IMG/VR virus record: IMGVR_UViG_3300005239_000039 | Coordinates: 17,625 to 81,624 of that record | Length of the DNA: 64,000 bases | From: a virus | Lineage: Duplodnaviria > Caudoviricetes | Strand: one strand, 5' to 3' | In this document: piece by piece, positions 40,120 through 47,399 of the stretch | Numbering within the stretch: the stretch's first letter is position 1 | Layout: each line of letters starts with the position of its first letter | Position numbers and translations under genes: made by a program | Notes under the pieces: generated by a model | Databases searched by the model: none | What the model saw: only the letters and a program-made list of their open reading frames with translations | Told to the model about the DNA's origin: nothing

Positions 40120-40567
40120 ATGACCAACTCCTGGAGTCTGCTTTACGAGGAAATGATGAATACTAATGATGAAGATAGAATCATCTTGAATGATGATCCA
40201 CTTGATAAAATTGCAAATGAAACATATGACCAATTTCTTCTACATTCACTGATACTTTAACTGAAAAACTAAAAAAGATAGTCGTTTTAAGTATAGTGAA
40301 GATACTATACTTAAAGAATTATCCGATTATATTTCTGGCACATATAACCAGCACTACTCGGCTGGAACTAATAAAATCCAAACTCTTGATCTTATTGAAG
40401 CATGTGGGGATGGAGAAGCATTCTGCCGATCCAATATCCTCAAGTATGCCTCTCGATATGACAAGAAAGGCACTGCTCGCCGTGATATCATGAAGATCTT
40501 GCATTATGCTGTGCTTCTGCTACACTTCAATGATCAGAACGCCACCCGTGAAACCTACCCTCAATGA
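40120..40567 (+). CDS. DUF3310-like protein (about 149 aa) hidden by two apparent 1-nt deletions
   Basis: C-terminal frame reads YSEDTILKELSDYISGTYNQHYS...IQTLDLIEACGDGEAFCRSNILKYASRYDKKG...ETYPQ*. Joins the ATG at 40120 after restoring bases near 40229 and 40266. Confidence 0.7.
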
Positions 40568-41244
40568 ATATGAAACTTTCCAAACAGACCATTGCTATCC
40601 TCAGCAACTATTCGGATATCAATCAATCTATTTTAGTTAAGCAGGGTAACAAACTTCGTACTATTTCAGTGATGAAGAACATCCTGGCAGAAGCTGAAGT
40701 TGAAGAAGAGTTTCCTAAAGACTTTGCTATCTACGATCTACCACAGTTCTTAAAAGTTCTTCGTTTGCACCAAGATCCTGAACTTGATTTCAAAGAAGAC
40801 AACTATGTCACCATTAGAGAAGGACGTAATCGTTCACGTTACTTCTTTGCTGATCCTAATGTAATCGTATCTCCTCCAGAGAAGCAACTCAATCTTCCCA
40901 GTGAGGATATTACATTTCAGTTTAACCAAAATCATTTGAGTCAACTTCTACAGGCAGCTAATACTCTTGATCTACCTGATCTTGCAGTTATTGGTAGTTC
41001 TGGTGTGGTTCGTCTTTCAGTTCGTGATAAGAAGAATGATACTTCAAACGATCACTCAATTGTAGTTGGTGAAACTGATAAAGAATTTAGTTTCAATTTT
41101 AAAGTTGAGAATATCAAAATTCTTCCTGGAAACTATACTGTCACCATCTCTAGCAAGTGTTTATCAAAGTTTACAAACACAGTTGAGTCACAAGAACTTG
41201 ACTACTTCATTGCGCTTGAACCCGATTCAGTCTATAATGGATGA
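40564..41244 (+). CDS. g45: Sliding clamp gp45
   Basis: MKLSKQT..IL.N...IN.SI, FAIYDL..FL, YFIALE. Confidence 0.92.
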   Translation: MNMKLSKQTIAILSNYSDINQSILVKQGNKLRTISVMKNILAEAEVEEEFPKDFAIYDLPQFLKVLRLHQDPELDFKEDNYVTIREGRNRSRYFFADPNVIVSPPEKQLNLPSEDITFQFNQNHLSQLLQAANTLDLPDLAVIGSSGVVRLSVRDKKNDTSNDHSIVVGETDKEFSFNFKVENIKILPGNYTVTISSKCLSKFTNTVESQELDYFIALEPDSVYNG

Positions 41245-41480
41245 TGAAGAGAGTGGCACGTATTTGGAAATACTCCTTAGGGAGTTTTTCCGATGACAAA
41301 ACCAAACCCTACGACAATTACGTAGCTGGTATACGGTCTATCATTGTCCTCTCTTATCTTGTCACTAACTGTTTTATTATTAGCGGAGTAATCCGCCATT
41401 GGAACGACAATGAACATCTTCGCAACAGACCCCAGTCCATGGAGATCAGCACAGGTTCTTCCCGACAAACACATCGTTAA
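41241..41480 (+). CDS. Small hypothetical membrane protein
   Basis: IWKYSLGSFSD followed by a hydrophobic segment. Confidence 0.6.
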   Translation: MMKRVARIWKYSLGSFSDDKTKPYDNYVAGIRSIIVLSYLVTNCFIISGVIRHWNDNEHLRNRPQSMEISTGSSRQTHR

Positions 41481-41937
41481 GATGCCCCTAGAGACTTGTC
41501 AGATGCTTGCTATCGTATGCTCTGACAAATGGGGGCACAACTTCGGCACTCTTCCCAAGGCAGACGGTACTCCCTATGCCACTGAGAAGGGTGCTTTTCG
41601 CAATCATCCATGTACTATCTGGGCAAATTCCTTTGTGAATAATTGGCAGTGGCTCCTCGATCATGGACTTGCTATGTGTGATGAGTACACTGCTCGCTAT
41701 GGCAAGGTCCATACCTGCCAGAAGACGCTTCTAGCAGCAAAGGACATACTGCCTACCGCTGATCCTCAAGGACGCTCTGGGAAGCATCCTACGCCCTTTG
41801 CTAGGGCTATGCCTGATGAATTTAAGTATGATGACAATATAGATACCTTTACTGCTTACAAGGTTTATATCGCATCTAAACCATGGGTAAAGGATAATTA
41901 TCTTCGCATACCAGAGAGGAAACCAGAATGGATTTAA
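41410..41937 (+). CDS. Pyrimidine-dimer DNA glycosylase (DenV/endonuclease V)-like protein
   Basis: MNIF..DP.P..SAQ.LPDKHIVKMPLE..QML and HPCT.W motifs. Confidence 0.7.
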   Translation: MNIFATDPSPWRSAQVLPDKHIVKMPLETCQMLAIVCSDKWGHNFGTLPKADGTPYATEKGAFRNHPCTIWANSFVNNWQWLLDHGLAMCDEYTARYGKVHTCQKTLLAAKDILPTADPQGRSGKHPTPFARAMPDEFKYDDNIDTFTAYKVYIASKPWVKDNYLRIPERKPEWI

Positions 41938-42494
41938 GAGATAGAGTTTTCAAATACAAATTTGAAAAACATCATGATCTTAAAGATATTTTGTTGGACA
42001 AAATTTCAAAATCACAATCTGAAACTATAGAAGAAGAGGAGAATGATAATAGTATTATCTCAAGTACAGATTTTTTTATTGGATTAAAACGAAAACACAA
42101 AGCTCCATATTATTGGTTTTTTGAAGAAAATCTTGATAATTTTTTTGAATTTTTATCTGAAAAATATTTCATGAATACTTGGAATATTGGACACGCATGG
42201 TATCAGCAATATGTAAATGGTGACAGTCATGACTGGCATATACACCCAGAGGCAAACCTGTCATATGTCTATTATCTGGAACTTGAAGATCCCAAGTATG
42301 CGACTCAGTTTTTTGATGCAGAAAAACAAGAGTTCTACCAACCAGAAGCGGAAGAAGGTGATATAATAGTGTTTGACTCATACATCCCACACAGATCACC
42401 TAAGATCCAGTCCACAACTAGAAAGACAATTATCAGTTGTAATCTGTCTTTCGATTTTTCACTTGATGTTTCTCGAATCAAATCTTTATTATGA
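41928..42494 (+). CDS. 2OG-Fe(II) oxygenase (TIGR02466-like)
   Basis: WHIH...LSYVYYL, GDIIVFDS...HRS, R..ISCN. Confidence 0.8.
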   Translation: MDLRDRVFKYKFEKHHDLKDILLDKISKSQSETIEEEENDNSIISSTDFFIGLKRKHKAPYYWFFEENLDNFFEFLSEKYFMNTWNIGHAWYQQYVNGDSHDWHIHPEANLSYVYYLELEDPKYATQFFDAEKQEFYQPEAEEGDIIVFDSYIPHRSPKIQSTTRKTIISCNLSFDFSLDVSRIKSLL

Positions 42495-43431
42495 ATGACT
42501 TTCTCTGGGTTGAAAAGTATCGCCCTCAGACTATTGAAGATGTATTCTCCCTGAAGATATCAAGAAGACTTTTCAAGACTTCCTAGATAAAGGTGAGATA
42601 CCTAATATGCTTCTTGCAGGTCCTGCAGGATGTGGTAAAACTACGGTAGCTAAAGCACTATGCAAAGAATTGGGAGTAGATTGTTATGTCATCAATGGAT
42701 CCGATGAAGGACGATTTCTGGACACAGTTAGAAACCAAGCAAAGAACTTTGCTTCGACCGTATCACTTCAAGGCGTGGGCAAACCAAAAGTCATCATCAT
42801 TGATGAGGCAGATAACACAACCCACGATGTACAACTCCTTCTACGGGCGAATATTGAGGCATTTTATAACAACTGCCGATTCATCTTCACCTGTAACTAC
42901 AAAAACAGAATCATCGAACCACTTCACTCAAGATGTGCAGTCGTTGAATTCTCAACTCCAACAAAATCTAAACCAAAACTCGCGAGTAGTTTCTTCGGAA
43001 GAGCTCAACAGATCTTGGATACAGAAGGTGTTGAATACGATCCGAAAGTCCTTGCCCAGTTGATCAATAAGCATTTTCCTGATTGGAGACGTGTGCTGAA
43101 TGAATTGCAAAGATACGCTGTCAGTGGTAAAATTGACTCTGGTATCCTTGCAACATTCTCTGATGTCAACATCGATGGTCTCATGCGATCTCTCGCAGCA
43201 AAGAACTTCAAGGAGGTCCGTAAATGGGTCGTGAACAACCTGGACAATGATCCTGGTGTAATCCTCCGAAACGTCTATGAGGCGCTTTATGAGCGCCTAG
43301 AGGGTCCATCTATTGCTGCAGCAGTCCTCATCATAGCTAAATACCAATACCAGATCGCATTCGTTGCCGATCAGGAAATCAACTTGCTAGCAGCACTAAC
43401 CGAAATCATGGTAGAATGTAATTTCAAATGA
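42491..43431 (+). CDS. g44: Clamp loader large subunit gp44; one apparent T deletion near 42541
   Basis: MNDFLWVEKYRPQTIED(C)ILPEDIKK..., GPAGCGKTT, IIIDEAD, SRC. Restores to 313 aa. Confidence 0.92.
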
Positions 43432-43715
43432 ACGTAAAATTGATCCGTATGTGGTCTGGCGAAGATGTCGTTACAGACCTAGTTGATGAGACAGACGATT
43501 CTGTTGTCATCTGTAATCCTATTGTTGCTGTTCCTGCAGGAAATGGTCAGATGGGATTTGCTCCATGGTCGCCTATCCTCAAAGGAAAGGGTGAAGAGAT
43601 TAATGTAACCAAAAAGTATGTGGTATACATTGCTGATGCTCAAGAACAAATTGTTGAGCAATACGAGGAAATGTTTTCTATCTTGAAGACGCCTAGCAAA
43701 AAATTGATTGTTTGA
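43428..43715 (+). CDS. Conserved Sm-like hypothetical protein
   Basis: KLIRMWSGEDVV, GFAPWSP. Confidence 0.75.
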   Translation: MNVKLIRMWSGEDVVTDLVDETDDSVVICNPIVAVPAGNGQMGFAPWSPILKGKGEEINVTKKYVVYIADAQEQIVEQYEEMFSILKTPSKKLIV

Positions 43716-43719
43716 ACAC

Positions 43720-44832
43720 ATGATTAATACGGTATCCCATGATGATGCACTTTGGGCCGCAGATGAATTCATCTCTTACTTTGAAAACCTGAATGGTATT
43801 GAGGACTATCTTCGCTATGTGAAGAAAGAAGTTCTTGATGGGATGTCTTCCGTATCATCATTTTCTGAGGATATTTTCAACTTTGATATTCATCCAGAAG
43901 ACATGGAATTTTCTATGATTCCTGTTGGTAAGGGTGGACTTGATCAAAAGTACTATAAGAGTTTACTTGCATCCGTCTCTTCTCACAATAACGAATCTAA
44001 TATTCCTGGAAGAGAACACAAGTGGATTGTAAAAGAGACCACGACTAATACTATTGTTGGATTCATCCGTCTTGGATCTCCAACAATTAATTCCAAACCT
44101 AGGAATCTATGGCTTGGTAAGGCACCAGATCTTAGTCTGTTCAATCGTCATGCCTGTATGGGTTTTGTGATTGTTCCGACTCAACCTTTTGGATATAACT
44201 TTCTGGGTGGTAAGTTGCTTTCACTTATGTGTTGCTCTCACTTTGCCAGGGAGTTTATCAGTGAGAAATTTGAGAAAGATATTGCCCTATTTGAAACTAC
44301 ATCTCTTTATGGTTCAACCACATCAGCGTCTCAGTATGACGGTCTGAAACCTTTTGTTAGGTATCGTGGTTTGACTGAGAGTAAATTTACTCCATTACTT
44401 CATGATGCTCAATTTCATAAGTTACATGATCACTTCACCTATCTGAATGGTGGCAATCCTCTTACTGATAATAAAGCTTCATCTAAAAAGATGAAGAGGC
44501 AGACAAAGATGATTTCCATCATTAAAAACTCTCTCGATGATGTAGATAAGTTGACTCGTTTCAATCAAGTCATTGCACAGGCATTTGCACTAACAGAAAA
44601 GAAGAGATTCTATACTTCTGAATTTGGTTATGAGAATGTTCGGGAGGTTCTATCTGGTGAAGAGAAGACTCTTCGTCATGGACAGAACTGGGAGAAACAT
44701 GATCTGGATAACATTATCAAGTGGTGGAAAAAGAAAGCAGGTAAGCGTTATGAAAAACTCAAGTCTGAAGGGAGATTTCGTAATGTGATCGAACTCTGGA
44801 CTGAAACTGATGATATTCAAATTATTCGATGA
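43720..44832 (+). CDS. DUF4338 (DruA/Mom-related)-like protein
   Basis: GFIRLGSP, IVPTQPFGYNFLGGKLL, ETTSLYG..SQYDG, YRGLTES. Confidence 0.6.
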   Translation: MINTVSHDDALWAADEFISYFENLNGIEDYLRYVKKEVLDGMSSVSSFSEDIFNFDIHPEDMEFSMIPVGKGGLDQKYYKSLLASVSSHNNESNIPGREHKWIVKETTTNTIVGFIRLGSPTINSKPRNLWLGKAPDLSLFNRHACMGFVIVPTQPFGYNFLGGKLLSLMCCSHFAREFISEKFEKDIALFETTSLYGSTTSASQYDGLKPFVRYRGLTESKFTPLLHDAQFHKLHDHFTYLNGGNPLTDNKASSKKMKRQTKMISIIKNSLDDVDKLTRFNQVIAQAFALTEKKRFYTSEFGYENVREVLSGEEKTLRHGQNWEKHDLDNIIKWWKKKAGKRYEKLKSEGRFRNVIELWTETDDIQIIR

Positions 44833-44838
44833 AAACCA

Positions 44839-44979
44839 ATGAAATGTGAAGTTACTCTCTACAAAGTGGGCACAGTGTTCAAAGAACAAGTGATAGCTCG
44901 TGATTATGAAGATGCAAAAAGGGTTGCTATTGCAAGAAACCCTGGATCAACAATTGTCTCTGTTACCGCTAAATTTTAA
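44839..44979 (+). CDS. 46-aa hypothetical protein (not in the ORF track)
   Basis: MKCEVTLYKVGTVFKEQVIARDYEDAKRVAIARNPGSTIVSVTAKF*. Fills the gap before g62. Confidence 0.7.
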   Translation: MKCEVTLYKVGTVFKEQVIARDYEDAKRVAIARNPGSTIVSVTAKF

Positions 44980-44981
44980 TT

Positions 44982-45362
44982 ATGGAATTGAAGGATTGGT
45001 TAAACTCTATTAACTTCAACAAAAACAATCTCGTCGAAGAGGATCCAGACTGTATCAGTAAATATCCCCCATTCATTGTAAACAAATGTTTGTCTGGTGA
45101 ACTTGATTCTCTGATGTATGCAAATGAAATGAATAAGGTTCATTTTTTACCAAAAAAGTTACAGTATGACTTTCTTCTAAATAGTCTCAGAAAGCGAAAG
45201 AGATTTTCTCCTTGGCTTCGTAAAGAAGATATCAAAGATCTTGAATGTGTGAAATCTTACTATGATTATAGTAATGAAAAAGCACTCCAGGCTTTGAAGA
45301 TTCTGTCTAAAACACAGATCGATTTTATTAAATCCAAACTTGAGACTGGAGGAAAAAAGTGA
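44982..45362 (+). CDS. g62: Clamp loader small subunit gp62
   Basis: YPPFIVN..LS, QYDFLLNSLRKRKRFSPW, VK.YY.YS.EKA. Confidence 0.9.
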   Translation: MELKDWLNSINFNKNNLVEEDPDCISKYPPFIVNKCLSGELDSLMYANEMNKVHFLPKKLQYDFLLNSLRKRKRFSPWLRKEDIKDLECVKSYYDYSNEKALQALKILSKTQIDFIKSKLETGGKK

Positions 45363-45796
45363 GCGTTATTAATGAGCCTGAAGTGAATTGGGCACCTGAT
45401 CAAATGGTGCAGATTCTTCTTAATGAACCAGATGATTTTCTTAAGGTTCGTGAGACACTGACCCGAATTGGTGTTGCTTCTCGTAAAGAAAAAAAGTTAT
45501 ATCAATCTTGTCATATTTTGCATAAGCAAGGAAAGTATTATATTGTTCACTTTAAAGAACTCTTTGCTCTTGATGGAAAGAGAGCAAATCTGACTGTGAA
45601 TGACGTACAGAGACGTAATCGTATTGTACAACTTCTCGCTGATTGGGGATTGATTTCAATTTGTGATGTTGAAAAGATTACAAATATTGCACCTCTAAAT
45701 CAAATTAAAGTTCTTGCTTATAAAGAGAAAGATGATTGGGAGTTGGAAACCAAATACAATCTGGGAAAACGCAAAAAACCTCAGGAAGCTGAATAA
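45359..45796 (+). CDS. regA: Translational repressor RegA
   Basis: DDFLKVRETLTRIG, LYQSCHILHKQGKYYIVHFKELFALDG. Confidence 0.97.
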   Translation: MSVINEPEVNWAPDQMVQILLNEPDDFLKVRETLTRIGVASRKEKKLYQSCHILHKQGKYYIVHFKELFALDGKRANLTVNDVQRRNRIVQLLADWGLISICDVEKITNIAPLNQIKVLAYKEKDDWELETKYNLGKRKKPQEAE

Positions 45797-45799
45797 ATA
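45793..45799 (+). promoter_or_regulatory. Late promoter ATAAATA after regA
   Basis: Overlaps the regA stop and precedes a structured non-coding tract. Confidence 0.6.
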
Positions 45800-45848
45800 C
45801 TTGTGTGTCTTTTCGTGCGGCACACTCTACAATCGGAACACCCTATAA

Positions 45849-45880
45849 AGAGGTTCGGTTATCACCGTTCCTCTTTTTTT
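45849..45880 (+). terminator. Intrinsic terminator with internal U-U mismatches
   Basis: AGAGG-tt-CGGT-tatc-ACCG-tt-CCTCT plus T run. Confidence 0.7.
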
Positions 45881-45956
45881 GTCTTTGTGGTTAAATAGTA
45901 ATGGATGCCTTCGGGGTCCACAAAACACAAACTCGCTTTTAAAGGAGCTAAGAATC

Positions 45957-46391
45957 ATGGGAAACCTTGCACGGTATACTGCTGCGGACCTGCCTGCACT
46001 GATGGAACGCATAAATAAGAATAGCATTGGAATGGATGAATACTTCGATAGATTGTTTGCTCTTCACGAAACAACAAAGAATTATCCTCCATTCAACCTA
46101 GTATCGGTCAGCAACGTAGAATCGAGATTAGAACTTGCTCTTGCAGGATTTAGAAAAGCAGAAGTAAATGTCTACACACAAGACGGTAAACTCTTTGTCG
46201 AAGGACAAAAAGAGGATACCGAAACAGAAACCACCTATGTCCACAGAGGAATGGCTCAACGATCTTTCACCAGAACTTGGACACTGGCAGAAGATACGGA
46301 AGTTAGATCAGTTAGCTTTGAGGATGGGTTGTTAACAATTGTTCTTGGTAGGATTGTACCTGAACATCATCAAAAGAAAGTCTGGTTTTAA
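45957..46391 (+). CDS. hsp20: Small heat shock protein Hsp20
   Basis: SD AAGGAG, NYPPFNL, ELALAGF, HRGMAQRSF.R.W, FEDGLL.I. 144 aa. Confidence 0.95.
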   Translation: MGNLARYTAADLPALMERINKNSIGMDEYFDRLFALHETTKNYPPFNLVSVSNVESRLELALAGFRKAEVNVYTQDGKLFVEGQKEDTETETTYVHRGMAQRSFTRTWTLAEDTEVRSVSFEDGLLTIVLGRIVPEHHQKKVWF

Positions 46392-46405
46392 TGTGCTAAC
46401 ATAAG

Positions 46406-46453
46406 TGGTATAATTGAGTGGTGATTGATACAAAAGTGTATCATAGTGATACA
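46406..46453 (+). promoter_or_regulatory. Extended -10 (TGgTATAAT) followed by three TGATACA half-sites
   Basis: TATAAT 46409-46414. TGATACA-aaag-TGTATCA-tag-TGATACA 46426-46453. Confidence 0.55.
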
Positions 46454-46493
46454 TTAATTTCTAAATAATTTTGTAATCAATCATGAGGTATCA

Positions 46494-46577
46494 ATGAACT
46501 TCACCACCACTGCATTAGCAGCTGGAACTCTAATGACTATTTTTATTGGAGTTCCCATTACTACATTTGTTTCTTAG
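46494..46577 (+). CDS. 27-aa hydrophobic micropeptide
   Basis: SD GAGG. MNFTTTALAAGTLMTIFIGVPITTFVS*. Confidence 0.55.
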   Translation: MNFTTTALAAGTLMTIFIGVPITTFVS

Positions 46578-46580
46578 CAT

Positions 46581-46655
46581 ATGGAAATCTTAGCAACTTT
46601 TGCCATTTTTGGCGCAGTAATGAGTGGAGCATTTGCACTTACCCCTAAAAAATGA
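46581..46655 (+). CDS. 24-aa hydrophobic micropeptide
   Basis: MEILATFAIFGAVMSGAFALTPKK*, 3 nt after the previous stop. Confidence 0.5.
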   Translation: MEILATFAIFGAVMSGAFALTPKK

Positions 46656-46688
46656 ATACTAAATAAAATTGAATATCGTCGCCGCGAT

Positions 46689-46731
46689 GGGGAGGTAACT
46701 GGCAAAATCCAGTTGACACCTCCCCTTTTTT
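46689..46731 (+). terminator. Two-stem intrinsic terminator
   Basis: GGGGAGG/CCTCCCC outer stem, TAACTGG/CCAGTTG inner stem, T6 tail. Confidence 0.8.
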
Positions 46732-46741
46732 CTGGTAAAAT
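46713..46741 (+). promoter_or_regulatory. sigma70-type promoter TTGACA-N17-TAAAAT for the g43 operon
   Basis: -35 lies in the terminator's 3' arm. TGn extension is present. Confidence 0.8.
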
Positions 46742-46762
46742 AAACAGAGGTAAAATCAACTC

Positions 46763-47176
46763 ATGAGTCTAAAACTTTTGCTATTAAAAAATGGAGATGA
46801 ACTTGTCTCCGATGTAAAGAGCGTAAAGGATGAGGATGGTAAGAAAGTTTATTCTTACATTCTTACCAATCCAATGAAACTTGAAACTGAAGGAGATGAT
46901 GATGATGATTTTCTTCTAGAAGGCGATGAAGATTATCAAGTCGCTCGTGTCAATGAATATGAAGAAGAACTTACGCTATCAATGACTAGATGGCCTAGAT
47001 TTACCGAACAAGATAAAATTTATCTTTCACCAGAATGGGTTGTTACTCTAGTCGATCCAATTTCACAATTGGCTGAAATGTACAAAAATTACGAAAAAAA
47101 TCATGGCAATGAAGAAGAATCAGGTCCTGTGCATCTTACTGAAGAATCTGGATCTGGTACTGATCTCCAAGGTTAA
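46763..47176 (+). CDS. Conserved hypothetical protein (Sm-like) upstream of g43
   Basis: LKLLLLKNGDELVSDV, WVVTLVDP. Confidence 0.75.
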   Translation: MSLKLLLLKNGDELVSDVKSVKDEDGKKVYSYILTNPMKLETEGDDDDDFLLEGDEDYQVARVNEYEEELTLSMTRWPRFTEQDKIYLSPEWVVTLVDPISQLAEMYKNYEKNHGNEEESGPVHLTEESGSGTDLQG

Positions 47177-47399
47177 TCAGTTTGATACTGATGCTCTATC
47201 TGGAGAAGCAGATACTGAATTAACTGATCCAGTTAGAATCTTATGTGAAGATGAAGAATCAGACGTTGAAAAAAGACTCGTTCGTTGGCCTGGAGTCAGC
47301 GATCAAAAAGTGCTTTCAATGCATTCTGATGATATACTAACTCTAGTTGAGCCAACCAAGCAACTGCTCACGGCATACGAAAACTTTATTAAAGAATGA
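47103..47399 (+). CDS. Conserved hypothetical protein upstream of g43
   Basis: 98 aa, LTDP, ILTLVEP. ATGA overlap with g43. Confidence 0.7.
   Translation: MAMKKNQVLCILLKNLDLVLISKVNQFDTDALSGEADTELTDPVRILCEDEESDVEKRLVRWPGVSDQKVLSMHSDDILTLVEPTKQLLTAYENFIKE

Noticed and set aside
32601-42610. Programmed ribosomal frameshifting in g46, the DUF3310-like gene or g44
   Set aside because: No slippery heptamer with a downstream structure, and several independent shifts would be needed within a few codons.
45879-45956. ORF-track upstream extensions for hsp20 (45879), the VWA protein (36198) and the ATPase (38396)
   Set aside because: The extensions run through terminators or promoters. Downstream ATGs fit better, with a clear SD for hsp20.
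46437-46453. NtcA box
   Set aside because: Spacing is GTA-N9-TAC rather than the canonical GTA-N8-TAC. Kept only as an unknown operator.
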